Positions 8,714-20,747 are shown, counted from the first letter of the stretch. The stretch: 64,000 nucleotides of DNA from an uncultured Planctomycetota bacterium (GCA_963784995.1 CAWATZ010000006.1:136853-200852); one strand, 5' to 3'. Notes: a model not told the origin generated them from the letters alone. Numbers and translations: made by a program.

Positions 8714-11380
8714 TCACTGCAATCCCAGTCCCACGCGGACAACTCCGCTCTCGACCGCGACCGGCTCGCTGAACCCCAGGGAGCGCGTCAGCTCCAGCAT
8801 GGGCCGGTTCTCCGCCAGGATCACACCCGATAGCCGTTTCACCCCGCGTTCGCGGGCAATGTCGATCAGCCGCCGCAGCAAACAGCGGCCCAGTCCCTGG
8901 CGCTGGAACGGATCGCTGACCACCAGGGCGAACTCGGCCGTTCCCGTCTCCGGAGTGAGGTAGTAACGCGACACGCCGATCATCTGGGCGTTGTCACCCT
9001 CCCCCCGCACCGCCGCCAGGGCCATCTCGCGGTCGTAATCGAGATGGCACAGCCGGATCAGGCTGTCCCGCGACAGTGTCTTGACCATGCTGAAGAAGCG
9101 CATCCGGATGGTGTGTTCCGAGTGCCCCGCGTGCAGCTTGACGATCAGCGGCTCATCCTCCGGACGCACCGCCCGGATGGTCACGCTGGTGCCATTGCGA
9201 AGGGTGAAGGGAGCGGTGTACTGGTTCGGATACGGATGGATTGCCAGCTGGGGAGGCGGCGTCCCGGGAGGACTGAGGAGCACGCGGGCGTCCAGGGCGA
9301 TCAGGCGCTCGGGGCTGGCCAGCAGCGGATTGACGTCGATCTCCTGGATCTCGGGGAAGTCCACGACCAGCTGGCTGAAGCGGACCAGCAGCGTTTCCAG
9401 GGCCTCGGCGCTGACCGGCTTCTGCCCGCGCACCCCCTTGAGGGCCCGGGCGATCTTGGTCCGCTCGATCTGCCGGCGGGCCAGGGTGCGGTTGAGCGGC
9501 GGCAGAGCCAGGGCGCGGTCCTGCAGCACCTCCACCAGGATGCCGCCGGCACCGAAGAGGATCACCGGACCGAACTGCCGGTCGATGGAACTGCCCACGA
9601 TCAGCTCGAACCCCTTGTCGCGGATCATCGGCCCGACGGTGACGCCGTCGAACGCCTGGCTCAGGTTGCGGGATTGCAGATTGGTCCGGATCTGCTCGAA
9701 GGCGGTACGCACGGCACGCTCGTCCGGCAAGTTCAGCTGGACGCCGCCGACGTCGCTCTTGTGCGTGATGGTCGCCGACAGCAGCTTCAGGACCACGGGA
9801 TAGCCAATCCGATTACTCGCTTGCACTGCCTCGTCGGCCGACCGGCAGGGGATGCTCTGCGCGACCGGCAGCCCGTACGCCGCCAGCACCTCCTTGGCCT
9901 CGGACTCGGTCAGCAGCAGGCGATTCTGGGATCGAGCGGTCTGGATCAGCTGGCGAACCCGGTCGCTATCCAGTTTGAGATCGGCCGGCAACGCCTCGGG
10001 CCGTTCGTACAGGGCCTCCTGACTGCGGCGATACTGGACCATGTGCAGGAACGCCTGGATGGCCGCCTCGGGGGACTGGAAGGTCGGAATCCCGGCGGAA
10101 CTCAGCACTTCCCGGCCGGCCCGGACCGCGGCCCCGCCCATCCAGCAGGTCAGGATCGGCAGCTCGCCGTGGGCGACCGAAGCCAGAGCCCGGGCCGTCT
10201 CGGTCGGATCGGTCATGGCCTGCGGCGACAGCAGGACCAGCAGGCCGTTGACGTTGGGGTCCTGGGCGCAGGCTTCCACGGCCCGCCTGCAGCGTTCCGG
10301 CGTGGCGTCACCGAGCAGGTCCACCGGGTTGCCGTGGCTCCAGAAGGGTGGCAGGGCGGCGTTGAGGGTGGCCAGGGTCTTCTCGCTCAGGGCGGCCAGC
10401 TGGCCGCCGGACAGCATCAGAGCATCGGTGGCCATGACGCCAGGACCGCCCGCGTTGGTGAGGATGGCCAGGGCCGGGCCGCGCGGCGGCGGTTGCAGGG
10501 CGAGGATCTCCGACATGTCGAACAGGTCGGGGATGGTATCGACGCGCAGGATGCCGGCCCGGCGGAAGGCGGTGTCGAAGACGGCGTCGGACCCGGCCAG
10601 GGCCCCGGTATGCGAGGCCGCCGCCTTCGCCCCGGCCTCGTGCCGGCCCGACTTGACCACGATCACCTGCTTGGTCCGGGCCACGCTCCGGGCGGCGCTG
10701 AGGAACTTGCGCACGTCGCCGATCGACTCCACGTACAGGATGATGCTCCGCGTTTGCGGTTCGTCGGCGAAGTAGTCGATCAGGTCGGCCAGGTCCACGT
10801 CGATCATGGCCCCGACGCTGACAAAGCTGCTGAAGCCGATGTGCTTTTCCTCGGCCCAGTCGAGGATGGCAGTGCAGATGGCGCCGCTCTGGCTGAGCAG
10901 GGCGACCTTGCCGGGCCGGGCCATGCCGGCGGCAAAGCTGGCGTTGAGGTTGCTCGGCGGATGGATGATCCCCAGGCAGTTCGGCCCGACAATCCGCATC
11001 CGGCCGCGGGCAATGGTGCGCACCTGCTGCTCCAGCTGCCGGCCCTCCGCTCCCAGCTCCGAGAAACCCGCGGAAATGATGATCGCTCCCGGGATGCCGC
11101 GCTCGACGCACTGCTTGACCAAGGCTGGCACCGTCGCCGCAGGCGTGGCAATCACGGCCAGGTCCACGACCTCGGGCACCGCTGACAGATCGGGATAGGC
11201 CAGGACGCCGTGAATCGCCCGGCGTTTGGGATTGACCGGGTAGACCACGCCGCCAAAGGGGTTGGCCATCAGGTTGCGCATCAGGATGCTGCCGACGCTG
11301 CCGGGCGTGCCGCTGGCGCCCAGCACGGCCACCGAACGCGGTTTGAAGATCGGATCGAGGGAGTGACGGATGGTAGCCAT
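8714..11380 (-). CDS. bifunctional acetyl-CoA synthetase (ADP-forming, CoA-binding + ATP-grasp)/GNAT N-acetyltransferase, Pat/PatZ-like protein lysine acetyltransferase
   Basis: 888 aa. N-terminal CoA-binding domain (SVAVLGASGTPGSVGS...IVGPNCLGI), a central succinyl-CoA-synthetase-like/ATP-grasp region, and a C-terminal GNAT domain (FALVVSDPFQRQGLGRCLLRRLIDIARERGVKRL). Confidence 0.8.
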   Translation of the reverse strand: MATIRHSLDPIFKPRSVAVLGASGTPGSVGSILMRNLMANPFGGVVYPVNPKRRAIHGVLAYPDLSAVPEVVDLAVIATPAATVPALVKQCVERGIPGAIIISAGFSELGAEGRQLEQQVRTIARGRMRIVGPNCLGIIHPPSNLNASFAAGMARPGKVALLSQSGAICTAILDWAEEKHIGFSSFVSVGAMIDVDLADLIDYFADEPQTRSIILYVESIGDVRKFLSAARSVARTKQVIVVKSGRHEAGAKAAASHTGALAGSDAVFDTAFRRAGILRVDTIPDLFDMSEILALQPPPRGPALAILTNAGGPGVMATDALMLSGGQLAALSEKTLATLNAALPPFWSHGNPVDLLGDATPERCRRAVEACAQDPNVNGLLVLLSPQAMTDPTETARALASVAHGELPILTCWMGGAAVRAGREVLSSAGIPTFQSPEAAIQAFLHMVQYRRSQEALYERPEALPADLKLDSDRVRQLIQTARSQNRLLLTESEAKEVLAAYGLPVAQSIPCRSADEAVQASNRIGYPVVLKLLSATITHKSDVGGVQLNLPDERAVRTAFEQIRTNLQSRNLSQAFDGVTVGPMIRDKGFELIVGSSIDRQFGPVILFGAGGILVEVLQDRALALPPLNRTLARRQIERTKIARALKGVRGQKPVSAEALETLLVRFSQLVVDFPEIQEIDVNPLLASPERLIALDARVLLSPPGTPPPQLAIHPYPNQYTAPFTLRNGTSVTIRAVRPEDEPLIVKLHAGHSEHTIRMRFFSMVKTLSRDSLIRLCHLDYDREMALAAVRGEGDNAQMIGVSRYYLTPETGTAEFALVVSDPFQRQGLGRCLLRRLIDIARERGVKRLSGVILAENRPMLELTRSLGFSEPVAVESGVVRVGLGLQ

Positions 11381-11412
11381 GCGATCCTCGCAAAACAGTC
11401 CGGACCAGAGCC

Positions 11413-11496
11413 GACGAGCCGCCGCTTCGATTTATCGTTTCGCGTTCGGCCACAAGTCGGCGAACGCGAAACGATAAATCGAAGCGGCGGCTCGTC
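11413..11496. repeat. REP-like intergenic palindrome, family 1 (core cgatttatcgtttcgcgttcg...cgaacgcgaaacgataaatcg), copy 1 of 3
   Basis: 36-nt perfect arms gacgagccgccgcttcgatttatcgtttcgcgttcg / cgaacgcgaaacgataaatcgaagcggcggctcgtc. Related copies at 45914..45962 and 56171..56257. Confidence 0.9.
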
Positions 11497-11501
11497 GGAC
11501 A

Positions 11502-11969
11502 TCAAGGATGCACAAACTCATGTTCGGGATGGCGGACGGTGAGCACGGGACAGGGGCCCTTGCGCACCACCTTCTCGGCAGTGCTGCCCAGGAACACGTG
11601 AGCCAGGCCGGTGTGGCCGTGGGTCCCCATGACGATCAGATCGACGTTCTTCTCCCGGGCGAACTCGATGATGCCCTGGAAGGGGATTCCTTGCCGGACC
11701 TCGGCCTGCGTCTTGATTCCCGGCAGATTCAGGCCCTTGATCACCCGATCCAGGGCGGTCAGTGCGGCGGTGTGAAATTGCTCGGTTGGCGGAATGGCGG
11801 CGGGGGCGACCAGGATCGCCTCGGGGATGAACCAGGTCAGGTCCTGGACGACGTGCAGCAGATACAGCTGGGCGCCGAACTTCTCGGCAAACGCCACGGC
11901 ATAGCGCAGCGCGTTCTCGGAGGACTTGCTGAAATCCGTGGGCACGAGGATGCTGTGCAGGTCGATCAT
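11502..11969 (-). CDS. universal stress protein (UspA family)
   Basis: 155 aa with a typical Usp fold: ILVPTDFS...ALRYAVAFAEKFGAQLYLLHV...DLIVMGTHGHTGLAHVFLGSTAEKVVRKGPCPVLTV. Confidence 0.85.
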   Translation of the reverse strand: MIDLHSILVPTDFSKSSENALRYAVAFAEKFGAQLYLLHVVQDLTWFIPEAILVAPAAIPPTEQFHTAALTALDRVIKGLNLPGIKTQAEVRQGIPFQGIIEFAREKNVDLIVMGTHGHTGLAHVFLGSTAEKVVRKGPCPVLTVRHPEHEFVHP

Positions 11970-11990
11970 GGGGGCCTCGTCACGGGGGCT

Positions 11991-12845
11991 TTATTGCTTG
12001 ACCAACTGCTGGAAGCGTTCGCGCATCTGCCGGGTCATGGCCCCCGGCTTGCCGTTGCCGAGGACCCGGCCATCGACCTTGACCACCGCGATCACCTCGG
12101 CGGCGGTGCCGGTCAGGAAGCACTCGTCGGCGGCGTAGACGTCGTGCCGGGTCAGCGGCACTTCCTGCACCGTGATGCCGGCCGCGCGGGCCAGCTCAAT
12201 CACCGCGTTGCGGGTGATGCCTTCCAGGATGCCGGCGTCGATGGGCGGCGTCCGCAGGATGCCCTTCTTGACCAGGAAGAGGTTGTCGCCAGTACATTCG
12301 GCCACCTCGCCATTGTGGTTGAGCATGATCGCTTCCAGGCAGCCGGCCCGGATGGCCTCGATCTTGGCCATGATGTTGTTGAGGTAGTTGAGCGACTTGA
12401 TGCGCGGATTGAGGGCGTTGTGGTGATTGCGGATCGTGGCCGCGGTGATGATCTCCAGCCCGCTCTCGTACAGCTCCGGCGGATACAGGGCGATGTCGTC
12501 CACGATGATGATGATCTGCGGATCGGTGGTCTTGCGCGGATCGAGGCCCAGCGAGCCGGCACCGCGGGTGACGATCAGACGGATGTAGCCTTCGTGCTTG
12601 CTGTTGACGCGCACCGCGTCCAGCACCGCCTCGATCATCTGGTCCCGGCTCATCGGGATTTCCAGATAGACGTGCTTGGCGCTGTCGTAGAGGCGATCGA
12701 CGTGTTCGCGGAGGCGGAAGACCTTGCCGTGGTAGATGCGGATGCCCTCGAAGACGCCGTCGCCGTAGAGCAAGCCGTGATCGTAGACGCTGATCTTGGC
12801 GTCGTTCTTGTCGAAGTATTTTCCGTTGATGAAGATCTTGGTCAT
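11991..12845 (-). CDS. ilvE: branched-chain-amino-acid aminotransferase / class IV (D-amino-acid) aminotransferase
   Basis: 284 aa, fold type IV PLP enzyme: YGDGVFEGIRIY, EGYIRLIVTRGAG, LTGTAAEVIAV. Confidence 0.8.
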   Translation of the reverse strand: MTKIFINGKYFDKNDAKISVYDHGLLYGDGVFEGIRIYHGKVFRLREHVDRLYDSAKHVYLEIPMSRDQMIEAVLDAVRVNSKHEGYIRLIVTRGAGSLGLDPRKTTDPQIIIIVDDIALYPPELYESGLEIITAATIRNHHNALNPRIKSLNYLNNIMAKIEAIRAGCLEAIMLNHNGEVAECTGDNLFLVKKGILRTPPIDAGILEGITRNAVIELARAAGITVQEVPLTRHDVYAADECFLTGTAAEVIAVVKVDGRVLGNGKPGAMTRQMRERFQQLVKQ

Positions 12846-12964
12846 CGGCTGGCCTCCGTCGGGCCTGCCCGACAGGTCGCACGCCTGCGTGCACCGGCCG
12901 GCAGGCCGGCCTGCGTTGGGGGCCGGCCTTCCCAGGCCGGCCCGGACGGGCTCGGAAGCCCGTC

Positions 12965-13696
12965 CTACCTGATGCTCGCGCTGGGAATGGTTCGGTCGCT
13001 GGCGTCCTCCACGCGCCCGGCCACGAGCCGGACGACCCGGTTCGTGGCGGAAACTATCTCCATGTTATGGGTCACCATGATGATAGTCAGCCCCTCCTGG
13101 CGGTTCAGGTCGCGCAGCAGGGCCACGATGGAGGCCCCATTCTCCACGTCGAGGTTGCCGGTCGGCTCGTCGGCCAGGAGGATGCGCGGCCGATTGATCA
13201 GGGCCCGGGCGATGGCGGCCCGCTGCATCTCGCCGCCGGAAAGCTCGCGCGGCTTGTGGTTGAGCCGATGGCCCAGGCCGACGCGCTCCAGCAATTCGGT
13301 GCCGCGCCGCCGCAGTTCCCTGGCCTTGCCGTACCAGCTGAAGACCGACTGGGCGATCATCTGCGGCACCAGCACGTTCTCCAGGGCGGTCAGCTCCGGC
13401 AGCAGATGGTAAAACTGGAAGATGAAGCCGAAGGTCTGATTGCGAATCCGGTCGCGCTCCTGCGGCGGCTGGTTGTCGATGCGCTGATGTCTTTGCAGTT
13501 CCAGCCAGACCTCGCCCTGGTCTGGCTTGTCGAGCGTGCCCAGCAGGTGCAGCAGGGTGCTCTTGCCCGAGCCGGAATGGCCGGTGACGCTGAGGAACTC
13601 GCCCTGGTCCACTTCCAGGTCCAGGCCGCGCAGCACCGGAGTCTGGATGGCGTTCTTGCGGTACGTCTTGTGCAGATTGATCGCTGCCAGGAGCAT
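12965..13696 (-). CDS. lolD: ABC transporter ATP-binding protein, LolD/MacB-type (partner of an FtsX-like permease)
   Basis: 243 aa: Walker A GHSGSGKSTLLHLLG, signature LSGGEMQRAAIARAL, Walker B ILLADEPTGNLD. The 603-aa ORF-track entry 12965..14776 is a composite with out-of-frame sequence upstream. Confidence 0.8.
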   Translation of the reverse strand: MLLAAINLHKTYRKNAIQTPVLRGLDLEVDQGEFLSVTGHSGSGKSTLLHLLGTLDKPDQGEVWLELQRHQRIDNQPPQERDRIRNQTFGFIFQFYHLLPELTALENVLVPQMIAQSVFSWYGKARELRRRGTELLERVGLGHRLNHKPRELSGGEMQRAAIARALINRPRILLADEPTGNLDVENGASIVALLRDLNRQEGLTIIMVTHNMEIVSATNRVVRLVAGRVEDASDRTIPSASIR

Positions 13697-13725
13697 GGCA
13701 CTCCATCCTTTCGCAGAGCAAACCG

Positions 13726-15160
13726 TTATTCGTACCGCAGGGCCCGGACCGGATGCAGCGTCGCGGCACGCAGCGCGGGCAGAATGCTGAACAGCACCGC
13801 AATGGCGATCGCGCCGACGTTCACCAGCAGGACCGTCATCGGCTGGATGTCGGTCGGGATCTTGTCGAAGTAGTAGACGTCGCGCGGGAAGATGTCCTGA
13901 CCGGTGATCTGCGACAGAAGCCATTCGATCTGGTTGATGAACACGGTCAGGGTCAGTCCCAGGATGGTCCCCAGGAAGGCACCGACCATGCCCAGCAGCA
14001 GACCGTAGCCAAGGAAGATGTTCATGACGCCGCTGTTGGAGGCGCCCAGGGCCTTGAGGATGCCGATGTCGCGGGTCTTTTCCATGACGATCATGGAGAA
14101 GATGGCCAGGATGCCGAAGCCGGCCACGGCGATGATCAGGAACAGCAGCACGTTGAGGATGCCCTTCTCGACGCTGATCGCTGCCAGGAGCGGGCCCTGC
14201 TTGTCTTCCCAGGTCTGACCAGTCACCGGGTAGCCCTCGAACAATTTCTGCAAGCGCTCGACGACGTCCTTGATTTGTTTCCGATTCAGGCCCGGCTTGA
14301 GCTTGATCTGGATGCTGGTGACCCGGTTCTCCATGGTGCGGATCTTCTGCAGGTAATTCAGCGGCACGAAGACGTAGTTGGAGTCGTATTCGCTCATCTC
14401 GGACTTGAAATAGTCCGCCACGACAAAACGGGCCGGGACCGGCTCCAGGCGGACCCCGCTGACGGTGGTGATGATCACCTCTTCCCCTTGCCGTAGAATC
14501 CGTTCGTCGTTGACCTTTCCGGTCTTGATGTCTTTGTGGCGGTAATGAGCAATGGCATAGCCCACGATCGTCCCTTCCGGCTGGTAAATCCGGCTGGGGG
14601 AGGCTCGGGAGGCGGCTTTCCGCCCTGCAAAGGAGGCTGCTGTCCCTGAATGGGGAAGGGATTGTGCTCCAGCATTTGCTCGAGCCGCTGCTGCTGCTCG
14701 TGGTGCAGCTTGGCCTCGGAGGACAGCTCAAAGGAGGGATGCTTGCGATTGTCTTCGTTGAAGAGATGCTCGGCAAAGCCGCCGACGCGGGCCCGACCTT
14801 CCGGCTCGATGCCGATCAGCTTGATCGGCCGGACGACAGGAGTCGCCGTTGTACTTAAACTGGAGCATGGCGAAGATGTCCAGCGTCGGCGCCATGGCCT
14901 CGATGCGCTCGTTGAGCCAGGGGTCGGCCCGGATCATGCGCCATCTTGCCCTCGGGGTCGGCGAAGCCGTCGTACCACTGGGCCTCGATGACCAGGTCGG
15001 AGAGCAGCCCGTGCAGCCGGTCGCGCAGCTTGGTGCTGAAGCCGCTCATGACGCTGTTGACCACGATCAGCGTGGCGACGCCCAGCATCACGCTGACGAT
15101 GCACACCAGCGCCAGGTAGCGCGTCAGCAAATACCGCCAGCAGAGCAGCAGCTTGTACAT
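13726..15160 (-). pseudogene. FtsX-like ABC permease (LolC/E-type) carrying three frameshifts in its periplasmic-domain region
   Basis: N-terminus MYKLLLCWRYLLTRYLALVCIVSVMLGVATLIVVNSVMSGFS (from 15160). Middle piece MIRADPWLNERIEAMAPTLDIFAMLQFKYNGDS is in a second frame. PIKLIGIEPEGRARVGGFAEHLFNE... is in a third frame. The C-terminal FtsX 4-TM domain (13726..14565, ILKALGASNSGVMNIFL) is in a fourth frame. Shifts lie near 14915, 14835 and a ccccc run near 14600. Confidence 0.7.
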
Positions 15161-15359
15161 GAACACCTCAACAGATTTACGACCCCTCCAGCCCTGGCTG
15201 GCCGTGCAGGCACGGTTGTCCGGCAGGTGAAGGAGGTCACCAGCTAGAGGAAGAAGCAAGAACTTTTTTTCTTTTCTCCCGTCTAGCCAATGACCTGCTT
15301 CACCTGCCGGACAACCGTGCCTGCACGGCCAGCCAGGGCTGCTGGGGCCGGAGAAGCGG

Positions 15360-16881
<1,522 letters not shown>

Positions 16882-17094
16882 GGTTTTTTTCCTTGAACGA
16901 GGGTTCAGGGTGTTCCTCACGGGTGAGGTTTGGATTGTAACGTTCGCCCCCGGGGTGTCAATTGCACGTGGAGTGCCGGAAATTGTTTGCTCCCCGGCAC
17001 AAGGTCTGTTACGGTGTTCAGCCACGGCAGGCCGGAGGGGCCTTTGCCAATCCCCCCGGTTGACCCGGACCCCATCTCCAGGAGGACGCTGACC

Positions 17095-18402
17095 ATGACT
17101 GGCATCACGACGACTTCCTCAACCAAAGAGCCGGCTCCCGCGAGCCAGCCGACCGAAAAGAAGAGCCTGTGGGAGACGACCATCACCTCGACGCCGGTGC
17201 TGCTGACCGTGGTGGCCACCTTGCTGGCCGGCATGTCGGCCAGCGAGATGACCCTGGCCCAGTACCACCGGGCGACGGCGGCCCAGGACCAATCGAAAGC
17301 CGCCGACGAGTTCAACTTCTTCCAGGCCAAGAAGATCCGCGGCACCAGCATGGAGCTGACGGCAACGCTGCTGCGGGCCCTCTCCGAGCCAGACAATTTC
17401 AGCGCTGATGCGGTTCGCGACTCGGCCGGCCTGCTGGCCGAGAACCTGAGCCAGGCCAGCCAGGAAGTGCAGCGCCTCAAGCAGCGTGCGAAAAACCTCA
17501 ATCGTCCAGGGACGGCCGGCATGGACAGCACCGCCGTGACGGAAGCCATCAACAAGGCCGCGGAACAGATCAGCAAGGCGAGCAAGAGCGCAGCCGAGCT
17601 GAAAGCGGACACGGACAACGTCCTCGCCAATGGGAAAGGGGACGTCACTCCGAAAAACCTGGAAGAGGCCTTCGGGTATCTGGCCGGCGGGCTGCCAAAG
17701 GTCGAAATCAGCGACGTGTACGAGGGCATTGATTCTCAGGAGGCCAAAGCCATCAAGGAGGCGCTGCAACACGTTCGGGACCGGAACCCGGAAGCGAAGA
17801 CCGACCCGCTGATGCGCCGGATTGACGGAGATACGCTCAAGAAGACTTACCATCGCGCAGTACAAAACGCCAAGACCTTTGACAAGGAAGTCGAGAAGGT
17901 GAAAAGCAGCATGAGCCTGATCAATCGGCTGGTCGGCAAGCAACTGGAGCTGGCCCGAAGCTTCCATCGCGCGGTCCTGAACCTGAACAGGACCCTGGCG
18001 ACGTCCCAGGCCGAGAGCAGCAAGGAGATGACGGACGTGCGCTCGTCGCTGACCGCACTGACCAACCTTGACCGGGTCACCAAGGACTCCACGGAGCAGC
18101 TCTATCGGGACGCGCGGTCGGCGAGCCTGGATTATGACGCCCGCCGTTACAACGAAGAAGGGAAGTACAACCTGGAAGCCGCCATGCTGTACGAATTGCA
18201 GGTGCGCTGGAGCAACTTCAAGTCGGATCGGCACCTGAACCGCAAGACGTTCCTGTTCTACGCCATGCTGGCGGCCCAGGCGGGCGTGACCGTGGCGACG
18301 CTGGCCCTGGCCCTGCGGCGCAAGAGCCTTGTCTGGGGCCTGGCCGCCCTGGCCGGAGCGGCGGCGGTCATCTTCGGCGGGTACATCTCGGTCATGATGT
18401 GA
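17095..18402 (+). CDS. hypothetical membrane protein, DUF4337-like (N-terminal TM, long coiled-coil/helical region, two C-terminal TM helices)
   Basis: ATG 17095 with aggagg RBS. KKSLWETTITSTPVLLTVVATLLAGM and C-terminal RKTFLFYAMLAAQAGVTVATLALAL...LVWGLAALAGAAAVIFGGY. Confidence 0.6.
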   Translation: MTGITTTSSTKEPAPASQPTEKKSLWETTITSTPVLLTVVATLLAGMSASEMTLAQYHRATAAQDQSKAADEFNFFQAKKIRGTSMELTATLLRALSEPDNFSADAVRDSAGLLAENLSQASQEVQRLKQRAKNLNRPGTAGMDSTAVTEAINKAAEQISKASKSAAELKADTDNVLANGKGDVTPKNLEEAFGYLAGGLPKVEISDVYEGIDSQEAKAIKEALQHVRDRNPEAKTDPLMRRIDGDTLKKTYHRAVQNAKTFDKEVEKVKSSMSLINRLVGKQLELARSFHRAVLNLNRTLATSQAESSKEMTDVRSSLTALTNLDRVTKDSTEQLYRDARSASLDYDARRYNEEGKYNLEAAMLYELQVRWSNFKSDRHLNRKTFLFYAMLAAQAGVTVATLALALRRKSLVWGLAALAGAAAVIFGGYISVMM

Positions 18403-18452
18403 CCGGTTGGCTCCCAGGCGTGGAGGGAATCGTCAGCGGTTTCCCGACGTAT

Positions 18453-18506
18453 CGGGCCGACGGCCGCGCACAGCGCCATGCGGCGGAGCGTGCGGCCGTC
18501 GGCCCG
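18453..18506 (+). terminator. GC-rich hairpin (16-18 bp stem) about 50 nt downstream of the 17095..18402 gene
   Basis: cgggccgacggccgcgca ... tgcggccgtcggcccg. Confidence 0.45.
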
Positions 18507-19023
18507 GAAGCAACAAGAAATCCGAGGGATTCGGTGCCAGGTGAGCCCCAGAAAAGAGTTGCCGCACGCAGGGTTTTCCTGTCGAACCAAACACAAGCTC
18601 CCACCAATCGCCCCCCGCCATGAAAAGCTTGCCGCGCCTGCTTCTTACTTTCAACACTCCGGTGAGAGCCCTCTGCGAGGCCGGTGGAAGAAGAGATCGG
18701 AACACTAATCCACGCTGATCCCCACTAATCGGAATGCGGGTCTCCTGCCTTCAATTAGCGAAGATTAGCGCAGATCAGTGTTCCTGCGCTACCGGCCCCG
18801 CGGAGGGGTGGCCTCCCGTGACCGTCAGCGGGGCTGAAACAGCCTTCCCTGGAATGCATCGGACAGATTCGCTTGCCTGCTTTTGTTGCCCCTGAGCGGG
18901 GCGATCGGTCTGTGACACAAGAGGTATCAGGTCGAGCAGATCCGGATCTGTGGAAGGGGCGGTCGGGCAACCGCCGCCCCGACCCGGCATGTCGATACCA
19001 GCTGCAGCCCCTCACTTCGCGGC

Positions 19024-19048
19024 CCCTCTCCCACAAGGGGAGAGGGGA
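19024..19048 (-). terminator. CCCCTCTCCC-loop-GGGAGAGGGG hairpin immediately downstream of the Gfo/Idh/MocA gene stop (motif recurs at 45866 and 45984)
   Basis: cccctctcccacaaggggagagggg begins 11 nt 3' of the TAA at 19061..19059. Confidence 0.45.
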
Positions 19049-19058
19049 GGAAAGCCCG

Positions 19059-20628
19059 TTACTCCTCGCGGGTGCTGGAGCTGGTGGTCTCGGCCGGGTC
19101 CTTGCCATCCTTCCACGGACCGGCCAGCTTCTGATAATCCTCGGGCACCAGGGTGCTGCCGGTGTCGTCGGCCTTCCAGCCCATGACCTGGCTGGCATGG
19201 CCACGCATCTTGCTCCGCGCCTCCAGCTTGCTGGCCCAGCTGGCGTCGGCCTCGGTCGGCTTGCGGCCCTCCTTGTCCCAAAACAGTGCCTTGCCGTGCC
19301 GGTAGCTCTGCGAGCCCATTGCCACCGTGGTGAACGCGGCGGCGCCCAGCTCCGGAGTGCTGAGCGTGTGGCGTTTCCGGTCCCGGACGCAGCTGAGGAA
19401 GTTCAGCCACAGCGCCTCGGTGTCGGCGTTACGGCCTTCCGGCGGTTTGCAATCGACGAACTCGCCATCGATGGTCTTCTCCAGCCGGGCCGGGATGCCG
19501 GCGCTCTGCGTTGGGGTTGTCCTTGATGATCACGAAGCCGCCCTTGACGAACTTGATCGTGCCCAGGTGGCCGCGAATCACTTCCTCGATCGGATACGCG
19601 CTGATCATCGTGGCCGTGATCAAGAGCTGGCAGCCCTCGTTGTAGTCGGCGACGATGCTGGCCACGTCCGGCACGTCCCGGCCGTCGTACTCCAGGTAGA
19701 GGCCGCCGCCGCCGACCACCCGGGCGGGATAACGCACGCCCATCGCCGAGATCAGGTGCGTCGTCTGGTGGACGAACAGGTCGGTGAACATGCCGCCGCC
19801 GAAGGGCCAGTAGCAGCGCCACTGCCCGAACACCGCCCGGTCGAACGGGATCTTCGGCCCCAGCGGCACCCCCTCCTTGACGTGGAACTGATGGCCCAGG
19901 AACATGTTCCAATCGACCGTCTTGGGGTTCATCTCCTTCCACAGCCGATAGTAACGCCACTGGCCGACCATCGAGTTGCGGTAATAGCTGGTCTGCCCCT
20001 GGGCGACGTGGCCGATCTTGCCCTTGCAGATCAGGTCGTGAGCCATCAGCCAGGTGGGGTCGGCCATGGACTGGACGCCGACGGTCATGACGCGGTTGTG
20101 CTTGACCATCACATCGACGACGGCCTGGGCCTCCTCAATGGTCTTGGTCATCGGCTTCTCGCAATAGACGTCCTTGCCGGCCTCGGCCGCGTCGATGGAG
20201 ATCCTGGCGTGCCAGTGGTCCGGCGTGGCGATGCAGACGACATCGACTTCCTTGAGGTTCAGGATGTTGCGATAGTCCTTGGTGACGTGTTTCTTGTCCT
20301 CGGGATCCAGGCCGACTTTCTTCGCCGAGGGATACAGGCCCTGCGAATAGGTGCGCTCTTCCTTCTTGCCGCCGCGGACGACGGTGTACTTGCCCTCGTG
20401 GCCGTCCCACGTGTCGCAGACGGCGACGGGAGCGACACCCTTGCCTTCCTTGCTGAGCTTGTTGATGATGTCCAGGTGCGCCTGACAGCGGCCGCCGACG
20501 CCGATGAAGCCGACGCCGAGCCGTTCGTTGGCTCCGTAGACGCGGTTGTAACTGGCCGCGGTCAGGGCCACCGCGCCCGCACCGATGGCCGTGGTCTTGA
20601 GAAAGTCCCGACGATTGACTTCCGACAT
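19059..20628 (-). pseudogene. Gfo/Idh/MocA-family oxidoreductase with Tat signal; single frameshift near 19505 separates the C-terminal 88 aa
   Basis: MSEVNRRDFLKTTAIGAGAVALTA (twin-arginine), GVGFIGVGGRCQAHL Rossmann motif. The C-terminal segment SAGIPARLEKTIDGEFVDCKPPEGRNADTEALWLNFLSCVRDRKRHTLSTPELGAAAFTTVAMGSQSYRHGKALFWDKE continues in the frame of the 19059..19325 ORF. Confidence 0.75.
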
Positions 20629-20747
20629 CCGAAGAGTCCTCCACAGGGAAGAGCGAGGAAAAGCGTTGCCAAGTCCCGATCGGGGCATCATAGCACGTCC
20701 GCGTGCAGAATCCAGTTGCAAAAGCGTCGGTCTGGAGGGCCAGCCCG

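Noticed and set aside
12965-14776. 603-aa ORF as one gene
   Set aside because: Only the C-terminal 243 aa (12965..13696) form a coherent ABC ATPase. The upstream part is out-of-frame read-through across the permease gene.
19059-19325. 88-aa ORF as an independent small gene
   Set aside because: It is the C-terminal domain of the Gfo/Idh/MocA oxidoreductase, separated by a single frameshift.
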